A DNA stretch of 63,861 nt, filler included, from Hyphochytrium catenoides (Eukaryota; Protista; Hyphochytriomycota), in assembly GCA_900088475.1 (NCBI GenBank). It is 8 parts of 8 records of this genome, joined end to end, with 100 filler letters (N's around TTAATTAATTAA, not from the genome) between each part and the next. Parts side by side here need not be neighbours in the genome. Positions count along the whole stretch, not along the records: positions 1 to 3,826 come from FLMG01000551.1; positions 3,927 to 7,421 come from FLMG01001052.1; positions 7,522 to 12,331 come from FLMG01000320.1; 5 more parts are not named here. One strand, written 5' to 3'. Shown here in pieces: positions 1 to 12,431 of this stretch (positions are counted from its first letter, which is position 1; each line of letters begins with the position of its first letter). The notes below the pieces were generated by a model. The model did not search any database. It worked only from the letters and a program-made list of their open reading frames with translations, and was not told the origin of the DNA. The position numbers were made by a program, and so were the translations under genes.

Positions 1-317
1 CTGCTGAGACAAGGAAGGAGATTGTGCGGCTTTGGCCATGAGGAGGTCTCAAGGCTTCTTCGGCGGCATTGGCACGAAGAAAGGTGACCTTGATCCCAGG
101 GTATGGGTACTGCCAAGCTAGAGCCCTTGCAGTAGGTCTCCGTGGCTAAGGCGTTTGATGTAGACCCTGGTGCATTCTCACTGCTGAGACAAGGAAGGAG
201 ATTGTGCGGCTTTGGCCATGAGGAGATAGCAAGGCTTCTTCGGCGGCATTGGCACGAAAGGTGACCTTGATCCCAGGGGATGGGTACTGCCAAGCTAGAG
301 CCCTTGCAGTAGGTCTC
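1..317 (+). repeat. 180-bp-period tandem duplication containing a degenerate KVTLIPG(D/Y)G exon fragment (isocitrate/isopropylmalate dehydrogenase-like N-terminus)
   Basis: 1-140 is near-identical to 181-317. Copy 2 reads ASSAALARKVTLIPGDG and is followed by a GT. No downstream IGPE exon was seen. Confidence 0.6.
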
Positions 318-990
318 TCATCTGCAAAAACCGAGCATTTTTCTTCATCTGTTCGCTCACCTTCCTGCTTACTATACCTCGGACGCCATCGGGAGGAGGA
401 TGTAGCAACAAACTGCCAAGTGGGAGCAGCATGTCTTCAGTTAACTGTGAACTAGCTCCAGAGAAGGACACGGGGACGAAGGAGGATGTACCAAACAAGA
501 AGATCACCCAAATTTAACTGGAAAACAGAAATCATCCAGGAGGAGTATTAAGGTCGGCAAGAACTCTTCTTCACATCATGGCGGCAAGTTGTTAAGTGGA
601 GAAGTGCAGCTGTACTGTACAACGTACACAATCTGCAGATGTGAAGACGTGCTAGTACCGAAATTAGTCCATGAACTGATCTTTGACCCAAACTAACCTA
701 ATTAATTGAATCAGGAAACAGTAAACATCTTTCGAATACACCAAAACGAACCACAAAGGAGCCGGTACCGGCAGATTATGGTGTGCTTTTTGGGGGTCGA
801 ATAATCACCAAGTCTACAAATCTTATTTGCCATTTGCCACCATTTTGGCAATTTAGCCCAGGTTGTAAATCAACATTCGCGCAAGATTGCGTGCAAACTT
901 TCGCTCCTCGCAACTTTCGTCCTTGGAGGGCTGAGACCTTTCACTCCGTTCTGATTCTTCTACCAGTGCGTTGGGAAACCCCATCACAGG

Positions 991-1070
991 GGTTGAATGT
1001 CCCATCCCCAAAGTGGGACAATCGGACGAAACTTTGATAATTTCGTTGAAACTTAGGCGGACGGCCTCCT
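991..1070 (+). mobile_element. Right terminus (subterminal region + TIR) of the same DNA-element family as 34156-37505
   Basis: ~80 bp similar to 37425-37505. Ends CTTAGGCGGACGGCCTCCT, 1 mismatch to the 19-bp TIR. Confidence 0.8.
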
Positions 1071-1209
1071 AGTTCCTACTCCTACGTGTATATATATAGA
1101 AGCAAAACACCAGACTATTCACCTGCACGACACTACTAGTAATAGAGAACTGTACCCTACAGTTGCTATCTTCTATGATAGACCTACGTGGTACAAGTAC
1201 TCACTTTCC

Positions 1210-1535
1210 CCCTGCAGTTTGGGCTGGTACAGTGAGTCATAAGGCTAAGCTCGCCCACTACGCAGAGGGATGTGCGGCAGCAGGCTATGGATTCGTCCCC
1301 TTGGTTTGGGAAACCTTCGGTGGAGCTACAGCAGCGGAGGTCCACGAAACTCTCCGCCACTGGATTCGAGCAGTCCTCGACAGATGTGCAGGAGGGGGTA
1401 TGTCTTCATCCTCTCTCTTCAGTACCATCTACGAGAGGATCTACCCATATCCAGCGATGCAACGCCCAGATGGTACGCAGTCGCCTTCCCTTGCCACGGG
1501 CAATCCGTGAGGATCATCTACAGCAGCACCAATAA
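1210..1535 (+). mobile_element. 3' remnant of an RLE-type (CRE-like) non-LTR retrotransposon ORF, frameshifted
   Basis: HKAKLAHY..C...GYGFVPLVWETFGG (K..KY / F.P...E..G pattern of restriction-like endonuclease domains), then IQRCNAQM in another frame (QRGNA-type terminal motif). Confidence 0.65.
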
Positions 1536-2220
1536 TAGCAGCAGAGGGTGCGGCGAAGAAGGAGAGGAGGAGCAGCAGACGGAGGAGACTTAGTATAGTA
1601 GTAATCGGCTTCAAGAAAGCGTAAGAACTAGTGGTAGGTTTATTCCTAGGATGGTAGTGTAGAGATTTGTAGTACTTCTTTAATTCTTACAAAAACTGGA
1701 TAATAATAGTAGTAGGCTTGATTCTTTATAAAAATTAAGGGAGTAAATAAAAGTAGTAGGCTTGTGGGCTGAACCTTCCCTCAGTAACTAACCGAAACGT
1801 CTACAGGAGGAGTAGACAAAGTAGACTTCCTCTTCTAGGAGGAGGAGTAGAACTACGTAAAACTGTAGTTAGTAGCATGATAGCCTGGTGTCTCTTCGCT
1901 TCCTCTCTTTCGCTCTCCCACACTACTACTAGAACTACTGTTGGAATCGGAGATACAGCTCATCCCCTCTCTCTATACATACCGTAACGGATGGTTAACG
2001 ACAAAGAGAAGATCCGGTAGATAACATCAGAGGAATCTAGCGATATCTTCATGGAGTAGTGTGCAGAGTGTGTCATTTGATCTACGGAGTCTTGGTCTCG
2101 CCACCATCTGTTAGGACTTGAAGGCTTCAGACTTTGACAGCTACCCAAGCAGAGTAGGAGGATAATATAGGCAAGCAGGATTCTGTTGTCATTAGCAAGA
2201 GCTGCCTCAACTCCTTAGCT

Positions 2221-2388
2221 GTGGCACTAGCGCACAAGCATTTGCCCTGGAAACAATAGAAGACAGAACTTGTAGCGCGCCTTCCTAGGTTTGCAGAAGA
2301 GGTGGTGGCACTAGCGCACAAGCATTTGCTCTGGAAACAATAGAAGACAGAACTTGTGGAGAGCCTTCCTAGGTTTGCAGAAGAGGTG
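2221..2388 (+). repeat. 84-bp tandem duplication (2 copies)
   Basis: gtggcactagcgcacaagcatttg...gcagaagaggtg starts at both 2221 and 2305. Confidence 0.9.
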
Positions 2389-3826
2389 TGCAAGTATCAA
2401 GTCAGCAGTCATAGTGATGGTAGAGCTTTCAGGAGAGAAGGCTTTCTCCCGCTTCCACCTCTCTTGTCAACAGGGCTACTTCTTTGGTCTTGCTTTGTTG
2501 TCTCTACATGGTACATTTTCTATGGTAGAACTTTATGCTAGGAAAAACCTATTCTTCTTTCCTCTGCATGCGAAGCATCATCAAAAGAGGAGACTCTCAG
2601 TCTCGCTTTTCTCATCTCCGGACAACACATTCTTATCTTGGACTGACAGAAGCTGCTGTCGCGCTCAGTGAAGACTCACTTGCTTGTGTTGGCAATCTCC
2701 ACATTCACTAGAGCTCATATACTTATCTCGTGAGTGACTAGTTCATCTTTCTCTGTGACATAATATCTCACAACTACTGCCCTATCCTCCCACCAGGCAC
2801 TCTGTCACAGATGATACAGCACTGGCAGCTACTGTTAGCTGTCAGCAGATAGTAGTAGGGTGCAGCCGGGGTTGGTGCTACTCACGGAACAAACTCGCTG
2901 TTAAGATCTAAAATCGCTGCGACAGAAGACAACTTAACAGGAGCCCGTTGTTGTTGGAGCCGCACCAGGCCCTAGTAGTAGAGCGTTGAGCTGCCAGCAG
3001 TAGAGAAGCAGTACGTGCAGAAGAAGAAGGAAGAATAGCTACTACTAGACAGGAATTTTAATGGTCAGACAAAAAACGTAGAGACGTCGTCGCGAAAGGG
3101 TCCTTCTACTCTTAGAGCTATTATCATTGTATAAAGTACGTCATCGTCAAAGAGTTGCTTCTAGGCGTGAAAGAGTAGCCTCTTCTTCTTGCGCACTGCT
3201 GGCCTCTCCAGAAGGCACTAGGACAGAGCGCCTCTGGCTGATGGATGGATAGTACTACTCTGCAATGCTGAAGGCCAACAAATCCTTACAATTTGCACCC
3301 CACCAGCTCCAGGCTTCCTAAATAAGCAGCATTGCGTAGACGGGATTATAAAATCCAATTGTCGATCTCTTTTTCCCTCAAACTCTCTCTGAAGGAGAGT
3401 GGAAATAATAGTCAACGGCATCGGGCTTTAGCATTTATCGTCGAGAGAGCTTTGGAGGCAACAAGAGATCCTGCGGTATCGCTCACTCCTCTTACTAAAT
3501 ATCTATTATGTACCGGAGGAACACTACTAGAACTATCTGGACTACTGTCGCTAATTGAAATTTTGCAAGGAAGAGTCCTGCTGTCCTCTGGAAAAATGAC
3601 CTCTGATGGCTACGAGCCGGAAAAAATTGCACAAGTAGCTGCCACTACGCTGTAGTAGTAGCAGAGCTCCCATCTACCCTGTCCATGCAACGTAACAGCA
3701 CGACGCTTCGTCCCTATAATGAGGAGGTAAAATCAGAGCCGCTTGCGTGGTTCAGCCGGTCTTCCACTACTAGTGGATAATAAGGGACAACTAACTGATG
3801 CGATTTGTGGTTGGGAACAGCGATGA

Positions 3827-3926
3827 NNNNNNNNNNNNNNNNNNNNNNNNNNNNNNNNNNNNNNNNNNNNTTAATTAATTAANNNNNNNNNNNNNNNNNN
3901 NNNNNNNNNNNNNNNNNNNNNNNNNN
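3827..3926. other. Artificial contig-joining spacer
   Basis: N44-TTAATTAATTAA-N44, with stops in all six frames. Confidence 0.97.
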
Positions 3927-3960
3927 GAGAGAGAGGGGGGGGGAGGGGACACTGCTGCTC

Positions 3961-4524
3961 ACCCCTCAGGTACTATAACTTCTCCTGGCTCATCTAACAT
4001 CGCAAGGTCTTGATATCTGTGAAGGGGAGAGAGATGGCCAGACGTCAGCTGAGCTCATGGTCGAAATACGGAAAAGAAAGACCGCACGGCTCTGAGAAAA
4101 GGAGAGGACTTTCCATCTCATCCTCTTCTGTTCTCACCCTGTAGCTTGCTAGCGCTGTCACATTGTGCCTCACTCTCTCACTCTCTCTGCTTCTCTGTCT
4201 TTCTCTTTCTCTCCCTCTTTCTCTCTTTTTGACTCTCGGTCTCTCCCTCTTTCTGCAGGCCGTTTCTTCACCGTTTGCCCGCATTTTTTTCTTCGTCTCA
4301 CCTCTTTCTCGTGACTTTAGCCTTGCCTGCGAGTCTGAAGCCAAGAGAGATGAGGAGAGAAGCGACAAGAGAGAAGAAGAGAGAGAGCACCACGACGAGG
4401 ATGAGCAGAGAGACGCCGTCCCCAACCGTCTTAAAGAACTTCCTCTCCTCAGCTCGCCCTGTAGCTATGGAAAGGAAGATTGTCCAGAGAGCGAATCATG
4501 TTAGGAACAGGAAAAGAGAGAGAG

Positions 4525-4572
<48 letters not shown>

Positions 4573-4900
4573 CAGAGAGAAGAGAGAGAAGAAAGACAGA
4601 GGATTTCCATTGCTTCCCCATCATATCAAAAGGTTAGAGTCTGTGAGAGAGAGAGAGAGAGTGAGAAAGAGAGAGACACACACGGAGAGGACAGGGCTAT
4701 CTTTAGCGCTTCTTACCCAGGAAGACAACGGATGTGACCAGCATGGGAATGGCCAAGAGTGTCACGAAGACGATGAGCCTCTGGAGCGGAGATGGATTCT
4801 GATAGAAAGAGAGTGAGACAGAGCCAAGAGAGAGAGACACAGATATTGACCATGTCTTCAAGCCAGAGGAAGACAAAGAGAGGAGAGACGTGGATACAGC

Positions 4901-4935
<35 letters not shown>

Positions 4936-5232
4936 CATGTAAAGAAGATAGGAAAGAGAATACAGAGGCTGACGTACAATCTGAATGTCGCTGAGAAGGA
5001 TGTTGATGCTCTCTCTCAGATGAGACTCTTTCGTAGGCCTGGGGAGAAAGAAGAGTCCATGCGCGCAAAAGGGAAAGAGGTGAGCTGAGTGGAAAACGCT
5101 GCACGAGATGCCAGAAGAAGAAGAGACAGAGAGAGGGAGAGAGAGACGCGAAGGGTGATTGTAAATGATAGAAGAGAGGTATCTCGGCCACACGATCCCT
5201 CTCAACCTCTCCATATGTTAGGGCTTCCTAAA

Positions 5233-5264
<32 letters not shown>

Positions 5265-6738
5265 CCTCTCTCTTCCTCTCAACCTCTTTCTCTCTCTCTC
5301 CTTGTCTCTCAGCTTACGTTTACGCCTCCTTCTCTCTCCTCTGAGCCTTACCATGCAAAGAGGCTACTCTGCAGTCGATTCACCATCACTTTGAACCTCA
5401 TCGTCGCGGCATCAATGGTAGCGTTCACTTTGTCCTTCGGTACAAAGGTCCCAGGAGAGAGAGACGACACAGCCGAGAGAGAGAAGAGATATTGCTCGCC
5501 TTCATTTCCAAAGCTTCCTCCCCAATCTTCATCCTCTGCCAGTCTCTTTCCTCTCCTGAGGCTTTCTGCTCGCTTATTCATGACAGCAGGAATGCTCTGA
5601 ACGTACAGTGTGCTCCTTGTCTCTTCCATAGTGTCTCTCCTCTTCCAGCCAATGAAGATGACCAAGAGAGAGAGAAGAAGGATTCCCCATAGAAAAGCAA
5701 GGGCAAGGAAGACGTTGATGGGCTTGTCTTCGTTCCCCGAGGGAGAGGTCACGCCTCCCAAGGCATTAGAGTTATCAGGACCAACAGCGGCAGGAAGCTT
5801 TGCCTTGGAAGGCTGTGCGACATAGGCTGATGGACGGGGAAGAGAGAAGAAGGTTATGACACACAAGAAAGACAGAGAGAGACAGGACAAAAGGCATGAG
5901 CGTAAGATAGATGTAGCAGAAGAGAGAAGAGAGAGAGAAAAAGAGAGAGAGAGAGAGAGAAAGACCAAGAAAGAGAGACAGAGAGGCGTAGTGTGAAGGG
6001 GTAGAGCGCGCGCGCGAGAGAGAGAGAGAGAAAGTCTAACCTGGCTCAAAGCTATTATAGAGACAGACACTCTTGGTGCTATCCAGTTCTTTGGGCTGAT
6101 CCCCCGTTGTCTGCCATCCGCCGACAGTGACGTTCCAATAGCCGCACTCGACCGTCTCATAGATCAGCTCGCAGCTCAAGATACCGGCGTAGACCTCTCC
6201 GGTACACTGTCAAGAGAGAAGGGACCCAACAGGGAAGAGACAATAGAAGGGAGAGAGAGAAAGAGAGAGTAGGCGATGAAAAGAGCGCAAGAGGAGGCGT
6301 CTACTGTCAATAAGAGGATCGGGGCAAGGGAGAGAAATACACTGAGAGAGGTGCCGAGAAATATAGAGAGAAGATGATGAAAAGAGGGCAGGAGAGAGGG
6401 AAGGAGGGAGAGAGAGAGGGAGAGAGAGAAAGAGAGAGAGAGGGANNNNNNNNNNNNNNNNNNNNGCTCAACTAGCTCAACTTGGCTCACCTCGTAGGTC
6501 ATTACTTTGCCATCGGAGCAGGTGAAAGAGATCGTCTCTTCCAAGTCTTCAAGGCACACAAACGAGAAAGACTGAGGCGGCGGTCGACTGGCGGCGTAGT
6601 AGTTAATGTCAACCAGATCAGGCAGGTAGACGGCGATCGGAGACGAGAGGTTCGTAGGGACAACTGCTTCTCCCTTCTCGTTTAGAAGCTTAACGCTGTA
6701 GACAGGACTGGACGTGTTGGGGCTGAGAGAGAGGGAGA

Positions 6739-6784
<46 letters not shown>

Positions 6785-7336
6785 TGAGAGAGATGGAGAC
6801 AGAGAGAGGGACACACAGCGAGGGAGTGAGAGACCGAGAGAGAAAGTTGTGCTTACTTTATATCGAGGTCCCAACAATTAGAAGAGAGGCAACAGCAAAC
6901 AAAGAGGAGAAAAGGAGAGATAACATAGCCTACAATAAGGGAAGCCCAGGTAGAGAGAGAGAAGAAAGAGAGAGAGAAGCAAGAGAGAGAGAGAGGCAAG
7001 AGAGAGAGGCGAGAGAAAGAGAGGCAAGAGAGAGAGAGACAGAGAGGGAGAGAGAGGAGAGAGAGAGAGAGCGGGTAAAAGAAATGCCTCGCTGAGTTTC
7101 TCTCTTACTTGGTGCTCTCCCCGGCTGACAGTGCAAAAGGATTGGACGTATATCTTGCCAGCACCACGGTGATAGTGGAGCCCGGAAAGAGAGAGGAAGC
7201 AAGATCTGAAGACAGATTTGCTGGGAGAATGACGCCGCCTTTCTCTTCAAATGTTCCGTCCCACCCTGGGAAAGGGAGAGTGCATTTCTCTCCCGCCAGC
7301 GAAGAGACGGAACTGACCTGTGGGGAGACGTCAAGG
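3961..7336 (-). CDS. Polycystin-1/PKD1-like GAIN-GPS multi-pass membrane protein (partial, multi-exon)
   Basis: Exons encode VVLARYTSNPF, SSPVYSVKL..NLSSPIAVYLP and CGYWNVTVGGWQTTG (GPS-like, ~6041-6206). Then TM FLALAFLWGILLLSLLVIFIGW, SPLQRLIVFVTLLAIPMLVTSVVF and a further TM at ~4320-4460. Introns are GT-AG and CT-microsatellite rich. Confidence 0.6.
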
Positions 7337-7421
7337 TGAAGAGAGAGGAAAGAGAGACAAACTGTTAGCATGACAGAAAGGAAAGAAAAACAAGGTACAA
7401 ATAAAACCTTTGCGAGGAGAG

Positions 7422-7521
7422 NNNNNNNNNNNNNNNNNNNNNNNNNNNNNNNNNNNNNNNNNNNNTTAATTAATTAANNNNNNNNNNNNNNNNNNNNNNN
7501 NNNNNNNNNNNNNNNNNNNNN
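7422..7521. other. Artificial contig-joining spacer
   Basis: N44-TTAATTAATTAA-N44. Confidence 0.97.
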
Positions 7522-8133
7522 TTGTCCTTTCACAGGTTGAAGACGGCTGGGAGCGGGTGTCTTACAAGAAGAAGAGAGCTTCCCGGGCAGTTCCATCTGA
7601 AGGGGCGTCTGAGAGCTTAGAAAAGACTGACTAATGGAGAACTGTCAACTTTCTGAGCGCCTTCCGCTCCGTCTGTGACCAACCTGCCAGGATACTCAGC
7701 TGCTTATAAGTGCGTACATAATGCTCGAATAATGCTCATACAGCCATCAATGCCTCCTAGTCCCCCAGGGAGTCAATTGTGCCGTTTCTTCAGCGAGATA
7801 TTTGTCCAATAATGAAGAGAAGAGCCATAGAGAAGCCTGGGCGGGGCCAAGAGGTCAGTCGGCCATTGAAGAAGGGGATCTTAACATTCCTTTGGATCAT
7901 TTCGTGGTAGAGGTACCTCAGACTAAGAAATTGGTGAGAGAATCACTGACCACCTCAGGAATTGCTTGTCGTCGTTTACCGGGATTAAAAGGAATAATAA
8001 TCATTATCGGTTAAATGAAACATGAAAGAGGAAACGTGGGGGAGATTCAAGCCAAAATTTGCTTACTTCTCAAATAGGCTCTTAGTCACCGCTGTTTCTT
8101 CACACTCGGTTTTACCACCTGTCACACCACCTA

Positions 8134-8727
8134 TCACGCCCTTGTTGCCATTTTTTCCTCACTTTTCCGCCTTCTATTTTCTTTTGTTATGAGCTCGTCC
8201 ACCCACTTGTATTTATCGCTACCAAATCGGAGCTTCAGGCACAAAGTCTCCATGTCGCTATGCGCATAGAGTCGGTAGGTGAAGCAGCCATGACCGCTCT
8301 TAGTGTACGGCAAATTACTCGTCCGAATGTCGCCAGTCTTCATCCCGTAGAACTTCGCTGCCTGCGTCATCGACAAGCGACTGTTATACACATCTGGGTT
8401 GGTCTTCAAGTGACATGTCAAGCATTTCCCGTTATGAAGCGCAAGAACGTCCTCATCAATACGGCAATCACAAAGCCATGCTGTGCGCTGCCTTGAATAG
8501 AAGCGACTCAAGTCTACTCCAAGCCCTTGCTCCAACCTCAGTATGCTCTGGTGGTTGAGGAAACGGACGATGATGGCGAACGTATCAGAGTCCAGTGGGA
8601 TATTGGCCGGAAGGTCAATGGGGCTGGCTGATGAGCGCAGTAGTGATTCATTACAGCGGCGGGTTGCCGCAGTAGTCTTTTTCCTGCTACGCTTCACTTC
8701 TTGTGGCTTTCTCTTGTTCCTCTCCAT
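8134..8727 (-). CDS. Hypothetical basic protein with F-box-like segment, Cys motifs and an XPA-C-terminal-like DNA-binding domain
   Basis: 197-aa ATG ORF with an NLS-like start, CDC..CLTC, and LSMTQAAKFYGMK..D....LP....YRLY...D.E.....RFGS resembling XPA_C. Confidence 0.45.
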   Translation of the reverse strand: MERNKRKPQEVKRSRKKTTAATRRCNESLLRSSASPIDLPANIPLDSDTFAIIVRFLNHQSILRLEQGLGVDLSRFYSRQRTAWLCDCRIDEDVLALHNGKCLTCHLKTNPDVYNSRLSMTQAAKFYGMKTGDIRTSNLPYTKSGHGCFTYRLYAHSDMETLCLKLRFGSDKYKWVDELITKENRRRKSEEKMATRA

Positions 8728-11049
8728 TCTTTCACAGCGACGCTTTGGTTTAGTGGTGATCTGCTGAGCTCGTGGCTCGCTTTTGGTTTGTTGCTTCTAA
8801 CGTTCAGAAATTGTGAAGGTGGTGTGGTGAAAAACGTAAAAGAACTATGGTGGTTCTTAACACCCAATCTCAATAAGAACTCGTACCTTTTCTCTAATTT
8901 GGGATGGCAGCACCCCCTTTCTACAAATTGCGCTTTTACTCCAATCTTCTTGAAGCTTGAAACAGTCTTAGCCTAAGTATTCATTAGGAGCCTTGTGAAA
9001 TCGGTAGGGTCATAGCTTACTTGAACAGTCAAGCCAAAGTGGACCATGTTACAAGTAGTGCTTCGTTACCAAAGTGGCCGCACCGTTTTACCTGTAACCG
9101 CTCTATCTACGGCTGATAACTACTGTAGGATCAAAGTTTGATTTGATATTACTGTGAAGTGTTTCCGTTACATGGCTTCTTGCGCCCATCACCTCGCACC
9201 AACAATGTTAGACTACTGCGGCTGAATTGAAGAGGATGATGGCTTCTCATCTTCATCTTCTTCTTGTTGAGCTCTACACCTCTTATTGGTTCTTGTTGTT
9301 GTCCATCATATCACAATATAGAGCTTTGAAATTGGAAACTTTTGCCCTGACCTGCTGATCGGTAGGCGTTCAGGAGCCCAGTCATCTGTTGCTGCTGCAC
9401 GGTTGCGTTACTGTGTATCAAGCTATATGGCTACTTCATCCCCTTCACTGCCGGAGCCGACAATAGTGTGGCCGAACTTGCTCAGTGGACTGTCTTTTGC
9501 AACCTTTTCAGTGCACTGCTCTTGCGTGTTCAGGTATCCAATGAGTCTGAAGAGCAACCTTCGGCTTCATTTTGATCGCAGTCAACTGTCTGGTATGGGC
9601 CGTGGGCATCGTCAACATCGTCGCCCCCAATCTGTTACGTGCCCATGGCCTCGTGAAAACTTGGGGAAAGAAGAAGTCACTACACGCTGTAGTTAAAGCT
9701 ATTGAGGGTACCGAAAAGCCTACTGAAACTATCGCTGATGCACCAGCGCAACAAGTACTAGGCAATCAGTCAGTAGACCCTCCCAAGTTCTATAGTTCTG
9801 AGCCAACACCTCTACGGATTGCTAGAACTATCTCATACCATGCACCGACAGCCAGGAAAGTCATTGACATCTAATCACGATCATTGCTGCCTTCTACCTC
9901 AACGCTCATGCAAGTCTGAAGAAGTCTGAAGTCAAGAGATGAAGGACTCCTCCTCGAAAGTGGAACAGATCAGCCCTACAGCTCGAAGGGCATCTTAAGG
10001 CCAGCATGCAGCTCGAAGGGCATCTAAGGCCCAGTGAAAAGCTCCCACGCCTTTAACTATCTCACAGTTCCGCCAGATCAGCCACGATCTACGTCATGAA
10101 CTTAGTTCTTCAGAAAAGCAGCAGCAGCTCTAGAAGTTCTATCGGCAAGTGAACTGTCTAGGGATTAACGCAAGATGTTCTATGGACCCCGCAAAGTGGT
10201 CGTAGAATTCACGATGGTCATCATGATGACAGAAGATCCAGAGTGAAGTCAGTCATACCCTAATGCGGGACTCTAAACACTGTTTCCGCTCTAGGTGTGC
10301 TGGGTCTGCGAAAGACACGCAAGAGACCCTAGGTTCAAGCAGAGTTCTACCTCATATTCGGTAATGGAGTTCCTCTGATTCCGCAGATACTTTCTTACGA
10401 GTAACGCTTCGTATTGAGTGCAGAAGCATATCGGCAGAAGTTCTAGTTTACCGACAAATCAATAATGTCTAAATTCACTTTCACCACTTTTTTCTTGGAG
10501 CGAGTCTGCATATTGCAAGCAAAGCAAAAGCAAACTGCAAAAACCAAACCCCTTATCAGCTACCACCTCCACTTACACCCTGCCCCCGAACACAAATTTC
10601 CCCGACTTCCCAATAATCTCCCACTCCTCAAAATCTCACCATCAGAATAACCCGATAGTCTTTCTTCCGGGTTTCTCTCATCATTCGACCCCGATACCAT
10701 ACAATCTTAATTCTCTCGCTCAATCAAGCCCAGCTCTTTCTCTTTCAGTCAACAAATATGTCCTTTCATTTACCTCAGCACTTCAGTGATCTACCTCGCC
10801 TTCTTTTGATAATCACATCACCTATGCATCGCTAGATCACCATTCCTCTGATCTCCTCATCATTTACCTCAAGCTCTTCTCAAGTTCGCTACTTTCGGCA
10901 CTAGACCACCTCATGTTTTCTATTCTCGATAACTACTTGAGTTCAATTTCGCGCACAATTTACTTTCGACCCCACCTTACATTCACACCTTCAATTCAGC
11001 TCCATAGATACATTAATTTTATGTTTCCACATCCATGATGCACTATTCA

Positions 11050-12035
11050 GAATAGCCTAAGTTAGTACTACGATGATTGCCCACACTTGATGGACATGAT
11101 AGTAAATATTGCACCTTATTATTCAGGATACCCCATCCCGAAAGGTTTTGGGATGTCATCATAATCTTCAAGCGCGGCCAATCTGCCCTTCCCCAGACCA
11201 GCGCCATCAGGATCAGAAGCATCTGGTTTCCTGCTCTGCACCGACCCGCCAACAGCTGAGCTATCATGGAAGCACGCACCGACAACAGGTAGAAAGGGCG
11301 ATCTCTCTTGGCCGCGCAAGCCCTGGCATCTCTGCCGATTGCACTGTCTTTCATGGCCGTCAAGGTTTCTGTGACGGGTGACCTCAATCTCAACGTGGAC
11401 TGCTTCGGCTACTCAGTAAGAGGTGGCGCGGTCTCCCACGGGCCGCTCCAGACTATGTAAGCTGCCTTGCTCCTCGGCTGATAGGGCGATAGGCCTGCCG
11501 CCTGGCTCCTTTACCTGCTACGATGGAGGCTGGGGCTGGTAGAGGAGGCGAAAGCCTGTTATCTCTTGTGATTATAGCCTTCTCTGAGTCTAGCCTCAAT
11601 GACTCAATCATCGCCTTCGCCAGCTATTGCTCGTTTTTCATCTTTGCATACGTCTTCTTCTCCCTCTGGCTATTCCGGGATTATGAGGTCAAGGATGTCC
11701 TTGTCCAGGTAAGTCGAAGCGTCTGATAGGCTGCCTCTCTTCATCGCGGCCTCCCTACCTTCTGCTAGGCACCTATTGACGTTTATCTTCGCTTTCTCCT
11801 TCCTTTCGTACATTCGCTGCCACTGGCTCCAGTGGCAGACTGGACAAGGCCCGTCTTCACATTCCGAACTGTCCAAAGTTTCGCCTCCAATGCCACTCAC
11901 TCGTCAACCTTTATCCCTGTCTATAGTGATGTTATCCTGGCAAAGCCTTGTCACATGTTCGCACTGCCTTCTCCCTTGGTTCTCTCGCATCCGCTGTCTG
12001 GATACTATGTCTCTTTCTCTCTGTCAACTATCTAG
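11050..12035 (+). pseudogene. Possible highly decayed AP-endonuclease domain of a non-LTR retrotransposon
   Basis: Fragments IRSIWFP, VTGDLNL and PVFTFR...SDVIL occur in the order expected for an APE domain, interrupted by stops and frameshifts. Confidence 0.25.
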
Positions 12036-12331
12036 CTTTCTGTTCTCCGTCACGTTTTTTCTATCGGGTGCCTCCTCGCTTCTCTCTCTCTTTGTCTCTC
12101 TCTCTCTATGTCTCTCTCTCTCTCTCTGTATAACATGCTCCTGCCTATCGTTACTCCGTCTATCATGCCCTGGCAAGATCACGCTCACCAAAAAATAACT
12201 CCTTCCCTCCTCTTTTGTCCTGTTGTTCGTCCATCCCCTTCTATCTCTATTGCTCCATCTATCCCCTCACTCCCTCATCTCTTCGTTTCATACCTTTCCC
12301 CATGTCCGTCTCTAGATACTCTTCTCTCTCA

Positions 12332-12431
12332 NNNNNNNNNNNNNNNNNNNNNNNNNNNNNNNNNNNNNNNNNNNNTTAATTAATTAANNNNNNNNNNNNN
12401 NNNNNNNNNNNNNNNNNNNNNNNNNNNNNNN
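12332..12431. other. Artificial contig-joining spacer
   Basis: N44-TTAATTAATTAA-N44. Confidence 0.97.

Noticed and set aside
9979-10031. 30-bp-period two-copy repeat
   Set aside because: Small local duplication with no further structure.
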